Part shown: positions 14,059 to 27,013 of the stretch, one piece after another
How positions within the stretch are numbered: position 1 is the first letter of the stretch
Layout of the letters: each line of letters begins with the position of its first letter
From: Phaeosaccion multiseriatum
Lineage: Eukaryota; Protista; Ochrophyta, other classes
DNA: 64,000 bases
Direction: 5' to 3'
Assembly: GCA_965112735.1 (NCBI GenBank)
Contig: OZ218955.1
Span: 3,844,001 to 3,908,000, forward strand
Notes under the pieces: generated by a model
Told to the model about the DNA's origin: nothing
The model's input: only the letters and a program-made list of their open reading frames with translations
Databases searched by the model: none
Translations under genes and position numbers: made by a program

Positions 14059-16540
14059 TTTGGGACCGATCTGGGACTGATCTGGGACTGATCTTGGACT
14101 GATCTGGGACCGATCTGGGACCGATCTGGGACTGATCTGGGACTGATCTGTTGCTTCGTTGATCCTCCCTTTGGTTGATCGATTGGTTGATTGGGGGGTT
14201 GGTTGATTGTTTTGTGTCGGTAGGTAGATAGGTTGGTTGGCCAGTTCATTGGCTTGCTTACTGATTTGGGGTAGGGGTGGGGCTCTCATGTCGCTGTCTC
14301 TCACAAGCCACAAGAGAACATGAACCCAAACAATTGGGGCAGTGGGGCTCGGCTCCCTTGGGCTCCCTTGGGCCTGTTTCTCTGCTTCTCAGAGGGACTT
14401 TCACAGACTCATTTTGAGAGGTATTGGCCGCCCTCTCTCTAGGGGGGGATATTTAGTTAGGCAGGAAGTAGAGTGGGGAGGGAGGCTTGTGTTTGTGGGT
14501 GGGGCAGAAGCGAAGCGTAGGGCAAGTAGGCAGCAGAAGGGGTTCGCACACGCAGCACGCTTGCTCGTGGGTACAGCGAGGAGCGGCGGTGACTATCACC
14601 GCCCTCGCCCCGCGAGTGAGCGCATGTATGTGCGTGCGTGTGCGTGCGTGCGTGTGTGCGTGCGTGTTTGCGCGCGTTCCAGCGATACGCGGTTCGGCGT
14701 CCCTCCGAGGCTGGACCGGTAACGCATGGCAGCGGATATGTGACTATGCCTATGCCTCAGCTGAAACGTTGTTTCCTTGAAGTGCCCTTTTGTGTGGCCT
14801 CTCGCCGGTACAATGCAGTTGGGAGATGACACCCTCCGGGACCCTCCGGGGTCAGTTCCCTCTTCCGAACCAGTACCAAAACAGAAGGAAGAAAGGTTGT
14901 AGGGTGGTGGATTATAAGCTTTAGTGTTCCTCACTTACATGCTCGGTCCCAGCACCCGTACGTGATCTCCCGAAGTAGCTCTCCCTCCCCCCTTCTCTCT
15001 GCACAGCGGCTGCCCCTGCCCCTTTGGTGCCATCCTCGTCGCCTTCGCCCACACCCCATCTGTAGTGTACCCTCGCCCACAGCCTGCCCTGTTGCTGCAG
15101 GTTTTGAGGCTCATAGTTTGACGGAATGTCTTTGAAAGTCGGCCACAGAGAGCCTCATTGTGATGACGTGTTGGTCGTGCTCCATACCCGTCCACGCCTC
15201 TGAAACCCAGCAAATAAGGCCTCTCCCTGCGCTTGTGCAATCCTGTTAACCATCGGGGGCAAAGAAGGGGTGAAGGGCGGCGAGGGTCGGGGGAGGGAGG
15301 GGGGCAAGGCCATGGAGGAGAGAGCGTCAGAGTCCCCACCGCGAGGAGCAAGATTGACCACTTGCCCGAGCTTCAGCTCCCCAAAAGCTCACACTGCCTT
15401 CGAGAGAGCCCCCCCCGACGATGAGTATGCTCGTCCACAGACTCCAACTCCCCCCACCGGCGTGCAGGGGTGCCGGTCCGGAGCCGCACCGAGAGAGGCC
15501 CATTCCTCAAACCTCCACGACAGGAAGGCCGAGTCAGAGCCTTTTCACCCTGCAGCAGTTGAGCCAGTCTCGTAGTTGCATCTTCGAACAACATCCCAAA
15601 GGCACTGTAGGGCCCAGTACATGCCCGCCCTGACCCGAAACCCCTCTCCTGGTGCACCTCGACGACAGGCCAAAGGGATGGCTCTCCGGCAAATGCACCA
15701 TCTTGACGTGGTGAGTAGAGCAGAGAGCAGGTAAATGCCTGCAGTTGGCCAAGTTTCCATGCTTAATGTCTTTATCCTAGTGTCTCTGTGTCTAGTCCCC
15801 CCACTTCGGCCCGCTGACCTGCCGTGGGTGGCCAGAGGCAGATATATCCTTGAGGAAAAAAGGGGAAAGAGGAGCGCCAAGCAAGAACGGTCCATCGTAA
15901 TGCCACAGCCCAAAGCTCAGTCCACACCTGACCTCAACGAAGGTAGATTGCGTCCCAGCAGCGTCGGTGTCGCGGCGTGGTCCGGGCGTACGCGGCCCGC
16001 CCCTCCCCCAAGCAAGCCCCTCCCTGATTGCGAAAGCGGCAAAAAGAGGTAAAAAATGAGACCTTTTCGCCCACAGTGTGCGACACAGACACCACCTACA
16101 CCCGCCTCCTTGAGTGGCACCCAGGCATCAGTCTCAAGAAGGGAAGGTGGCGCGCGCCCAGCCGCCGAGGATGTATCGCAGGCTACGTAAGCTCCAGCAA
16201 AGGCCTCGCCAGCCCCCCTCTCCAAATCCGCCTCACCGGCAGCTCCCTTTCCGCTGATTTCTCCTGTTCCCCACGTTGCTTGGCCATGGAAAGCTGCAGT
16301 ATTCCGAGAAACACGTGTATGGTTCCCGTCGGTGCTTATCTCGCCGTCTAACTCGCCCCATACAACAGCCAGTTTACCACCAGCGGAATGGACTAGCAGC
16401 CATTCTCTAAGTGAGCCAAGATCTGCACATTGATGCGTTCGCATACACGTTGAATACCACCTAAGGTCAAGGAAAGGGGTGATGTGGACCTCTCTGTCCT
16501 CCTGTTGCCCAAACAATTAAGCGGGAAAGGGAAAATTGAC

Positions 16541-16559
16541 ATCCATTTGTGAAATGGAT
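16541..16559. promoter_or_regulatory. Palindromic upstream element ATCCATTT-GTG-AAATGGAT about 130 bp before the LRR ATG (also at 50989-51007; interrupted copy at 11205-11227)
   Basis: Perfect 8-bp inverted arms conserved upstream of both LRR genes; the function is inferred. Confidence 0.4.
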
Positions 16560-16687
16560 TCAAAGCCGGCTCCTTTCGTCCCCTTCTTTCTCTTTGATTA
16601 CGCCACCTTCCTAGAAAAAAAGATACTTCAAAACAACTACAGAACACTGAAGAAAGCAGGGCGAGCTGTTTCCATTTTTTCGTTACG

Positions 16688-19600
16688 ATGTCTAGCGTCC
16701 TCGAGGAGCAGCGTAGTATACTCACAGCCCTCTTTGACGCCACGAGCGGACCCGCTTGGTCTAACACTGGGGGATGGAACACTGACGCATCTTTGGAGGA
16801 CTGGCTCGGAGTGAGCGTAGAGAAAGACCATGTAGTGAAGCTCCGCCTGTTCTGGAACCGCCTCGAAGGTGAAGAGACGTGATTATAGTTGTTGCGCCTT
16901 AGGTCCTGAAGTATTATCATCATGTAGTAGTTAGTAGAAAAGAAAAAGAAGAAGAAAAGGGAAGGAGGAAGCAAGCGGGGCAAGAGAAGGTGTGAGGCAG
17001 CGGCATGACGTGGTAGTCCAGCGACCCGTTCGCGTCGCTTTCGCTCGGTGTTAGTGTGACCGAAGAACTTTCCTCCCACCATCCGCAGGAAGCATTCCGG
17101 TGGAGCTTGGACGGCTCGGTCTGCTCACCCATCTGGACCTCCAAAGGAACAAGCTCACGGGTAAGTGGTACGCACACCCAGTCACTTCCCTTTCACTTGA
17201 TGTTAGTGTGACCGAAAAACTCTCTTCGCATCTGCAGGGAGTATTCCAAGGGAGCTTGCAAGTCTGGAGAACCTGACGGTGCTCAACCTCGGCAACAACC
17301 AGCTCAGCGGTACGTGGTACGCGTACCCGTTAGGCGTCCCTTTGACTTGATATCAGTGACCAAAGAACTCTCCTCCCATCCGCAGGGAGCATTCCACCCG
17401 AGCTTGGGCGTCTGCACAACCTTACGCTGCTGGACATCTACCATAATCAGCTCACCGGTGAGTGGTCCCCTTCCCCTTCGTGTCCCTTTGACTTGATATC
17501 AGTGTGACCAAAGAACGCTCCTCCCATCCGCAGGGAGCATTCCACCAGAGCTTGGAAGTTTGCCGAACCTTTTGGAGCTGCAACTCTGTGTAAACAAGCT
17601 CACTGGTAAGTGGTACGCACACACGCGTCCCCTTGACTTGACTTGATGTTAGTATGACCAGAGGACCTTCCTCCGCTTCGCAGGGAATATTCCGTCGGAG
17701 TTGGGGAAGCTGGCAGAGCTTCGAGAACTCAGGCTGGGGAGGAACAATCTAGAAGGTAGGCGGTACGCGCACCCGTTCGCGTCCCTTTGACTTGATATTT
17801 TGTATGGCTGAAGAACTTTCCCCACATCTCAGGGAACATTCCGCCGCAACTAGGACAGCTTTGGAACCTTCGAGAACTTTGGCTCTCTGGTAACAATCTA
17901 GAAGGTAGGTGGTACGCACACCCGTTCGCGTCCCTTTCGCTTGATAGTCGTATGACAAAGAACTTCCCTCCGCTCTGCAGGGAGCATTCCAAGGGAGCTT
18001 GGAAGTCTGGAGAAGCTTGAGGTTTTGGTCCTCTCAGACAACAAGCTCACTGGTGAGTGGTACGCGAACCCGTTCGCGTCCCTTTGACACGTTTGTGTAT
18101 ATAACCCAACATCTCCCCTCCTCCCTTAGGTCCTATTCCCGCTGCCCTCATCGGGCGATTGGGGATCAAGATCAGGGTATACTTTTTCCGTTATAACAGC
18201 CTCAGTCTCCCTGAAGACATCAACACCCAGACCCATCTGACCATGCTCGATTTGTCCGATCAGGGCCTTGTAGGTGGGTGGTACGCACACCCGTCCGCGT
18301 CCCTTTCATTTGACATCAATTTTTTTCTTTTTTCGCGCCCCCTTAACTTGATATGAGTATGACCAAAGAACTCTTTCCTCCCATTGCAGGGAGCATTCCA
18401 CCCGAGCTTGGAGGTCTGCAGAACCTTTGTTTCCTGAACCTCTATAACAACAAGCTCACCGGTGAGTGGTATGAGACCAGCAGAAGGTTTGGGCTGGGAC
18501 ACTGCAGCGTACAATTTGGGGTGGCGCCTGGATGGGACTTGACATTTTTGTTTTGACAAAGATCTTTCCGTCTTCTGGGGAGGGAGCTTTCCGTGGGCCT
18601 GTGGACATGTCTGGACATGTCTGGAGCATCTGCGGCGCCGTCGCACGCAGGGAGGGAGCGTCCCAATTTCTGCTGTAACAACACCCCCACCGCAAACCTC
18701 ACGCGTTCTTGTTGCCTCGCTCGCCTTATGCGCTCCTGTCCAGAGATATCACATGATGCCGCAATAGCCCTAGGAAAGCTCCGATGGATTGAAATACTTT
18801 TGAGTAGGAATGCTTGGCGCTCTCCCAGCGCCGACGTGGTGGACCAAGGGCTGGATGCGGTGAAGCGGTATTGGATCGATCTCGAGCAAGGCCAGGACCG
18901 GTGGTGGAAACTGAAGGTCATGCTGGTGGGGAAGTCTGGGGCAGGCAAGACGAGCCTAGCGGGGTCGCTTGAGGCTGGCAAGAGCGAGCTTGTTGGAAAG
19001 CAAGGTGACGACTCTACGACAGTTGGCAACGGGAAAAAGGACGAGACGGTTGGCATCGAGACGCGCAACATAAAGCTGCGGGAGGGCGAGACGAAGCCTT
19101 TGGAACTTGTCATTTGGGACTTTGCGGGGCAGCAGGATTACTACGCCTACCACCAGCTGTTTCTCACCGAGGGGGCGTTGTACGTGCTCACCGTCAACCT
19201 GGTCACCTTCGTCAGCACAGGGAGTGAAGCAGGGGAGCGGGACCTGCTGGTGGTGGAGTGGCTGGACACGCTGCAGGCGTATGTGCCTGGCAGTTTGGTG
19301 GTGGTGGTGGGGACCCACAAAGATGAGGTCGAGGGAGAGGACGAGGAGCGTGTGGAGAGGGCGAGGGAAAAGCTCGAGGACCTCGTGAACAACACTGTGG
19401 AGGCGCACAAAACATGTGGGGTTGACCCTTTGAACGTGCAGGGTACGTGCTTGACGGTGGATCTCGGGAGCGACGAGGATGTGCAGCGAATACGTAAGTT
19501 CATTACGAAGCTCGCGTTAGAGGGGTGTACCCACGAGACACCCAGCGAGCTGTTCCCGAATATAGGGAAAGTAGTGCCCAAGCCGTGGATGGAAGTGCAT

Positions 19601-21262
19601 GGTGCAATCGCGGAATCAAGGAAGACACAGCCTTGCCTTCGTCCGCAGGAGCTGGAGGATCTGTGGTCGCTTCGTCTCAGCAAATGGCAACGACGCAACC
19701 CCTTTGCCAGCTCCAGCAATAAGAGGACTTTCGACCTGGCTGTCACCTTGGCGCACGCTGCAGGCGAGGTGCTGCTATGTGAAGGGTATTTGCACGTCGA
19801 TCCTACATGGCTGATGGCGCTGGTCAAGCCGCTTGCTTCCCACAAACTCACTGAAGAAACGGTCAAACGCGAACCGTGGCACGATATGCTTCTTGGTATG
19901 ACTAAGAACAAAGATGGGACCAACAAACGTATGGAGCTCCCATCGTTCGATATTCTTCATGAGGAGGAGAGCAACTTCCTGGATAAAGCAACGACTTCCT
20001 CCGACTATCTCTTTTGCCTGTGGCAGCTCTGGGTTTCTGAGGGACACAAAGTCGGTGCTGCGTCCTGCGAAGAAGGTGAGCCAGTGAAGAAGCTGTTTCA
20101 GCGGCTCAAAGAGGACACGAAGTTCTTCAAAGGCATGCTTAAGACACTAGCTCAGTACGGTGTGATCCTGCCCGTGACCGGACTCAAAGATGAGGAGGGC
20201 CGTAAGGACGTGTACGTGGCCCCAACGAGGCTCCGATTGGGCGGGGGTGGCAATACTGGTGTGCGGAAGGTCGTTACGACTTTCCTCAAGGCGAAGTCGG
20301 AGGAGTGTACTCGAGGCCATTTCGAGGCGTGCAATGCTCATTTCCCGTCTGGGACGCTGCCCTTTTTGCTTGCCTGGTTTCTGGGAAAGCGAAACGAGGA
20401 GCCAAACAAGAAGGTGGTCGTCCAGATCAACGGGTGCGCCAAGTACGCCGCTGCGCTTCGGGTGAACGACGTGGACGTCCTCGTCATGGCAGAAGGGGGA
20501 GATCTTCTGCTGTACGTGAAGAGCGATACCCGGTCCTGTCGGCAAGTTGGGGGGATGGTTCGCAATTGGATCAGAGAGATGCTGGGCGAGAGGTTCAAGG
20601 GCTTAGCCTTTTTTTGCGCTAAAGACATCATGGAGTCGATTGCAAGCAGACGGCAACCCCTGGCGGCCGAGCTGAGGCTGCTCGGCGACGAGTATGCCAA
20701 GGACGACGCGGCGCAGTTCGATGTCTTTTTGAGCCACGCCGGGCCCGACAAGTGGGGACTTGTCTACAACCTGTGGGTGGCGCTGTGGGACAGCGGTATA
20801 ACGGCCTTTCTAGATAGGGAGAATCTTCAACTGGGTCGTCAAGCTCCCAACTACATGGTCAATGCGGCGAAGAAGGCCAAGATCGGATTGGTGGTGCTCA
20901 GCCCACAGTTCCTCTGCCGCGAGTGGTGCCTCAAGGAGACAGAGATTTTCATGGAGAGGCTTGAGAACAAGAAAAAGGGCGTGGAGGAGGAGAAGGACTT
21001 CCTGGTGGTGCCCCTCTTCTACAAACTCACCCCTGGCGACTGCTACAACGGAACGGAGGGGCTGCTCAAGGCTCATGACGAGATAGGCAAGCAGTGGGGA
21101 GCGTGGGGAAAGGAAGATGGACCGGAGAAACGCTGGCCGGAGACCTGGCAGGACCTACTGCCTGAGCTTTCAAAGCAAACCGGCGAGGAGTATCAGAGAC
21201 AGCAGTTTGAGGCTGATTACGTTGAGAAGGTAAGGGAGCGCGATCAGAGTATCGTTAGGTGA
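16688..21262 (+). CDS. LRR-ROC-COR-TIR (ROCO family) candidate immune receptor with one LRR per exon
   Basis: LRR N-cap exon 16688-16868. 72-nt phase-1 exons 17089-17160, 17238-17309, 17386-17457, 17534-17605, 17684-17755, 17833-17904, 17981-18052; 144-nt exon 18130-18273; 72-nt exon 18390-18461. Long exon from 18744 with P-loop GKSGAGKTS (18929-18955), ETVGIE, WDFAGQ, GTHKD, COR-like YLHVDPTWL, and TIR from about 20717 (FDVFLSHAG..AFLD..VVLSPQF..WCLKE). A possible extra donor at 21230 makes the exact 3' end uncertain. Confidence 0.92.
17089..18461 (+). repeat. Left LRR exon-intron cassette array (period about 148-150 bp)
   Basis: Consensus GSIPxELGxLxxLxxLxLxxNxLxG on each 72-nt exon. Conserved intron gtgagtggtacgc(a/g)(c/a)acccgttcgcgtcccttt(c/g)acttgatat...gtgaccaaagaact...ccgcag. 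Confidence 0.95.
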
Positions 21263-22320
21263 ATGATGGCAAATAAAAGAAGTCAAATTCGAAGTTTTCT
21301 CCTCGAGCTCCATCCATCTTGTCCTGTCTTGTCCTGTCTTGTCCTTGACGAGAGAGTGAGGGAAAGAAGATCAGCCTAACTTGGCCCCCGCAACGCTCAA
21401 CACCAACTCTACAGTAGGCGTACTTCGCCTCGTGATAAATCCTCTGCTTTCTACTTACTGATTCTGTGCTCATGGGCGGGTGCTTCGAACAACGGGGCAT
21501 ACATGGTCGACAAGAGAAGCACCGAGGAATTAGGATCAGCCCTCTCTTCCAAAAAGGGTCAAGCGCATCCTCCCAGTGCCACTCTGACTCACCCTAACTG
21601 CGCCCGGCCCAGGAGCGCTCTCTTTGCGGAGAGGTGTATGGGCATCTGCACTGCCGGCCAAGCTCGAGGAGCGAAGCTAGAGCCACACAGAAGCTAAGCA
21701 AGCACCCGGAAGCCAGCCCACACGCAGGCTTAGCTTCCTTTCCTTATATTACTGGTTAATCGTTCTCTCAGCCAAAGCCGAGTGGCTGGGTATCAGGACC
21801 CCAATAGTGTCCACTTATAACATCCCCCCGCTTATCCCCCGCACCTTCCCGCTAGCAACCTCAGAAGGCGAGATGCGAGCGGTAGAATTGCGTCTCATGC
21901 GGCAGCCCGTTGCCCCACTTCTCGTGTTGCCGCGGGCGGACCGTGCTCTCTCGTTTAGACCTATGCCTCCTCTTGACATTCACTCCTGGGTCCAGAGCAG
22001 GACTGAGTGTGCGGAAGAGAGTTTTCAAACGCCTCTATAGCCTTGGCGTCGCCCCGCTCCGGCAACCACGTCGCCCACTCTCAGGTCTGGAACGTGCTTC
22101 CGTCCGCCACAGCCAGCCCAACGGACACTATCTTCTATCTTCTCAACGCCGCGAGAGCCCCGTCGCTTTGCGCCGGCGGAATTTCACAATCCTCACCAGC
22201 GTGGGCACTTCCTTCACTCACCTCGTCCAGCTCTAAGCTACGGTGCTCCTGCATTGCGCTGGTAGCCCACTGTAACGAATACGATGCCTGGCGAACCCTG
22301 CCAGCAGGCCGGAAGGCCGC

Positions 22321-23430
22321 TCACTCACCCCATCCATGAACGGCTTCGTCAAGTCTCTGTGGTACGCCCGTTGCAGCTGCTCCACACCATTGCCTCACAC
22401 CCGTTTCAGGGACAGGGACACTGCGCTGCGCTGCATGACCTGATAGTGCTCCTCGCTCACCCGCCCGTGCTGAGCAGCCACGGTAGGCACCCAGTGATGG
22501 CCAAGGCAAGACTGTATAAGGACCATCCCACGCTTGCTGCAGGAGCCTTGAGGCGTTGAGCTGTGCTGACGGAGTCCCTTCGAGTGTTTCACCCTTTTGC
22601 TGCGCGGCGGCGCCAGGGCGACACAACATCACCTTGGACGATGGCCGCAAGGGAGTCGGCCAACGGCGTGAGGCATTCTTCAACTGCAACCTCCCGTGGT
22701 AGTCGCAGCGTCTCCCATTGACCACCTCCGCAGCCGCAACAAGGCGTGCTCGTAGCTCATGGACCCACGCCGAGGCGGACGAGAACGACCCGTCCTCCAC
22801 CAGAGCCGGAAGCAGCGCCTGCAGAGGCACCGGAGGGTGCCTGCCGAACAAGACGTAGAACGGCGCCATGCCCGTGCTCTCCTGAGAGCGGCAGTTGTAC
22901 GCATAGGTGAGACCGGCGACGTACTCTGGCCACTGCTGCAACTGTGACTCCACGGTCGTCGCCAAAATGTCCCTGATCGTGGCCATGAAGCGCTCCACCT
23001 GCCCATTGGCCTGTTGATGCATCGGCGTCGTGAACACTTGAGACGCCGATAGGAAACACGTACAACGTCGCCCATGAGCGTACTGGTAATCTGCAAGCCT
23101 TGATCGCTCACCACCACTCGGGGTACACCCTCTGTGGTAACGACAAACCACACGAGAGCCTGAGCAATACCTTCCGCCGTATAGTCTTGCTCTCTCAAGG
23201 GCAGCACCACCGTCCACTTCGTAAACCAATCCTGAAACACCATAACGTACTCCTGTCCTCTCGTGCCCACAAGGAAGGGGCCGGCCACGTCAGCGCCCAT
23301 GACAGCCCAAGGCCCACCAACCGTTGAAGTCGAGGACAGAGGCACCGGCTGTGGCCGCCGTCGAGGCATCTTCCGCGTCTGACACGTCAGACATGAACGA
23401 GCCCAACATAGCGCGTGTGCATTCATCTGC
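22321..23430 (-). mobile_element. Degenerate Ty3/Gypsy- or Ginger-type DDE integrase fragment
   Basis: Zn-finger remnant WARSCLTCQTRK; core MGADVAGP, FQDWFTKW, VVSDQG, TTPMHQQANGQVERF, YAYN, STGMAPFYVLFGR; GPY/F motif WDGPYTV. Frameshifted near 23050. No RT, RNase H or LTRs recognised. Confidence 0.8.
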
Positions 23431-23955
23431 TCCCACCATAGCGGCCGCTCCTGCAGGGAGTTTAGCGTTGCAGCAGTGCAGCAGAGTAGTAGCGAATGGG
23501 GAGATGACCAAGGATAAATAGTGTGTGCCGTAAAGCAAAGGACCCTATTTTGCTCTTGGGTTAACTCTATTGGAGATTTCCATCATTCTCCTGGCCTCGT
23601 CTCGGACCAAAAGTGTGTTTTAATTTCATGTATAAGCGGCTGTGGGCAAAGCCTGTCCAGGCGCCTGTCAGCCACCGAACCGTCGCGTGGAGGCGGTCCA
23701 TAGGCGCCAGGAACCAATGCCCGCTGGTGGACGCGATAAGGCCGCTAGACCAGTGCGGTGGTTTCGCCTTACCGCCACGATGCCGCCCAACGTCCGCCTC
23801 GACGAGTGACTCGGGGGCATCGCGGACTCCGGCAGCGGCGGCACTGTCCGACGTCGACATGTGCTGCTGATGGTGCTGCTGCTGCCCTGCTTGCGATGCG
23901 GCAAGGACCGTGCGCCGCTCTTCTTGGCAGATAATTCCGTGCGTGCGTGCGTGAG

Positions 23956-23986
<31 letters not shown>

Positions 23987-24027
23987 CTGCGTGGCTCCGC
24001 TCGGTCAGCCATCTGAGCTCGCTCGGA

Positions 24028-27013
24028 TCATATGCACTCGTCGGTAAAGCTTCCCTCGATGCCTGAGTCTGGACACCTGCGGCTCACAGGCAGCGGTAGG
24101 CCACCCGGAGCGAAGGGAGGGCGGACGGAAACGAAGGCGATTTCGGGTTGAGAGGCACTTAGTAGCACACGGGGGTCGCATGTCAAGCAACACACGAGGG
24201 CTGAGAATTGGTCTGCTGCAGTTGTACGTACCAGAAGATGGATGCGGGGGGCTCGCCTGTCCTAGCCAGCTCGAGCGTTGCGCCTTCACAGCTGGTGTGA
24301 CAGCCCCTGCAGTTCTGGCCAAGGCCGAGCATGTTGCTTGGGTGGGTACGAAGACGAGGGAGAACGGAAGATATTGCGTACAGACAAGAAGGCGTGTGGG
24401 GTGACGAAAGGAGGGTGGCTTCGAGAGAGGGCGGGGGAAGGCACCCAAGTGGAGCGAGGAAACGCAAACTCACCAGTGCTGGGGAGCGTCTTGGCCGGAA
24501 CAGGACAGATCGCAAACGATGTCCTTCGAGAAAGTCTCCAGAAAACCCTGCTGGAAGGCGCTCACATCGGCACAGGCGGCGCATCTCTCGTCGTTGAGTG
24601 GGAGGATATCGAGTTCCACAGGCGCCGGGGTAGGGCCCATCGTCGGGGAGGGCGTCGGAGCTGCGGTGTCACCGTCGACGGGCGAGGGAGTCGGAGGTGC
24701 GGAGGGGAGCGAGAGCGAGGGCGTGGGCGATAGGGAGGGCGTGGGCGCGCCAAAGGATTCGGGGCACAGAATGAAGGCAGTGGCGTCCTCGCTGGAGGGG
24801 GAGAACGCCTCGACGTAGGCCTCCAGACCCTCCTGCCGGGGTGCAGGGGAGGAGGCATGGCAGCAGGCAGCGGAAAAGGGGTAGTGTGGTGAGTACAGGC
24901 CATAGATCCGAGCGTGGTGAAAGACCCAGCACAGCCACTAGGAAAAGCAGAATACAAGTCGAATCTCCCATCTGAAGGACCAGATGTCACCACGCACTCA
25001 CTTGCGAGAGGAAGCAGCCCCTGCAGGCTTGGTCGAAGCCGCCGTAGTTGCATAGCAGTCCTGAAGGGGGGCTGCAACCAGCCACGTCGCAGAAAATGTC
25101 CTTGCGGGGGTCGATGATGAAAGTGGTGTCGGCTAGGATGTCGCGGCAGTCTTGGTCGGTCTCACAGGCCAAGGCCCACCCTATGCATATCAACAGCGTT
25201 TAGAACACCACAGAAAGGGAGAGAGGGGGGCAGTGGTGCGCACGTGAGTGCGGAAGAGGTCAGGTCTGAAGTTCCCGCCAATGCTCGAGCCGACTCTCCG
25301 CAGGCCCCTCGAGCTCACTCGAGCGTCAGCAACTAGGCCACAGAGAGGCCGAGGTATCGCTGGCGTCACATACAGGCCCACACCCGCATCTCGAGCAACG
25401 CCGGCAAGCTAAAGCTGCTTTCTGCCCCGTTCTCTGGTCATGAGAAGAGGCCGGCAAACCGCCCATCGGCAGGAGGCAGCATCTATAACCAAGAGTGTTT
25501 TCAAGGATAGATCACTTACGGAGAGTGGCCCAGAGGGCCAAAGCCAATGTGCGAGGTGCAGGCGTCATGGCGAGTGCATGCAAAGCGCTGTGTAGAGTGG
25601 GAGGTGGGAGTCAAACTTGGCATTCAGCCCCTGCCGGTGAATCCCCGGGGGTGTTCCCAAACCAGCGCCGCTCTCATTATCACTATGGCCTGGGCCGAGG
25701 CAATTGGGAAGGCGTACACAGATGATGTGGCCAGTGGGACAAAGACGCGTACACAAGGAAATGGGGGGCATTGAGGCCCCAAAAGTGAATGAAGAAGGGA
25801 GCGTGCTCAGCGAGGCCGCAGCATGTATGTACTACGAAGTACCTCGTTTAATAGGCAAGCCATGTAAACCCCATGTACTACATTGATGCAACGACTAGTC
25901 TGTGCCTTCGAAGCTTCAAACAGCAGAATACGCCCCTGAGACGCCCTGTGGAGGTCGAGTCTGAAGGTACGCAAGGTCCATACAGAACAGAAATAGTTTG
26001 ACGAAGAGGAAGAGGAAGATGAGGATGTAGAGGAAGGCGAAGGTGATGAGCAATTGGATGAGGAACAGCACTCTGACGTATGGAGAGAGGCGGGCCCGTG
26101 GCGGGCGCTTCGGTGGCAGCCGAAGGAACTGGCCGCGTCGAGGGTCGGCAGGGGTGGCGGCGGCTTCCGGGAGGTCGTCCGGGCACACAACGAAGGTGCT
26201 CGCTTCGGCCGGGGGGATGGAGTGCTCTTTGGCGTAGGCCTTGAGATCATCCTGTTGGGCAGGGCGGCAGTGTGCGAACAGGGTCAGGCTGGTCTATGGA
26301 GCCGCTTCAGGGGCCTTTACTGCTCGAACTACAGTATACGCATATCGTTAGTCGGTCGAGGCGCAGAGGTTTCTCGCGTCCAAGAGGCGCAGCCAAAGCA
26401 CGGGCCACGAAAGCCGCATCGCGAGGGAGGGGAAGGCACTTACTTGCGAGACGAAGCAGCCCCTGCACTGTTGGTCTACTCCCGTGTAGTCGCCGGCCAC
26501 TCTGCCCCCGGTCCCGACAAAAGGGCAGCAGCCGGGGACGTCGCAGATCACCGCCTTGCCCAAGCCCAGGATGGTATCGCTCGCCGCAGTCGCCAGGCGG
26601 CCGATGTAGCCCTGCTTCAGGTCGCTGACTGTTGCCAAAAAGGCTGATTGTGAGACAGAAGGGCGAGAATGACAAGTGGGAACGGGCAGATGCATGGCGA
26701 GGGGTGAGGTGTTGGCAGCTCGAACAAGAAGCTGCTTTCATCCAATTTGGGAAAATCTCAGCTGCAGTGACCAGAGCTAGCGCAGGCGAGCGCCATCCCA
26801 AGCTGCCGCAGTTCCGCAGAGCCTTTCAAACAAAGGAAACACGCGACTACTGTGAGCGCAGCAAGAGTGGGATACTACGGTGAGCTAGAAGGTCCTCCTT
26901 TGGTTCAGCTCGACTGTCTCTCTCTCTTCTATGGCAGAAATGCTCTGCAGGCGCCTCCACTTACCTGCCACTGCGGTCGTGACAATAACCAGGGTACGCA
27001 CGGAACGCGTCAT
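24028..27013 (-). CDS. Putative secreted protein (or tandem paralogue pair) with three Cys-rich repeats and a Pro/Thr-rich linker
   Basis: Signal-like MTRSVRTLVIVTTAVA at 27013-26965. Exons about 26628-26444, from 26251, 25180-25002, 24832-24474, about 24335-24231, and 24076-24028 (stop). Repeats: ICDVPGC..DQQCRGCFVSQ..FVVCPD, FCDVAGC..CNYGGFDQACRGCFLSQ..FILCPE, VCDLSC..CNMLGLGQNCRGC..IFWCPD. The link across 25180-26100 is unresolved. Confidence 0.55.

Noticed and set aside
15917-16516. ORFs upstream of the LRR gene, including an AP2-like HPGISLKKGRWRA
   Set aside because: The resemblance is short and there is no convincing gene structure; the 199-aa ORF is not reproduced intact in the duplicate at 51-51.6 kb.
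18593-18743. N-terminal extension of the 889-aa ORF
   Set aside because: It lies within the intron 18462-18743; the real exon most likely starts at the CAG acceptor before 18744, in phase with the LRR exons.
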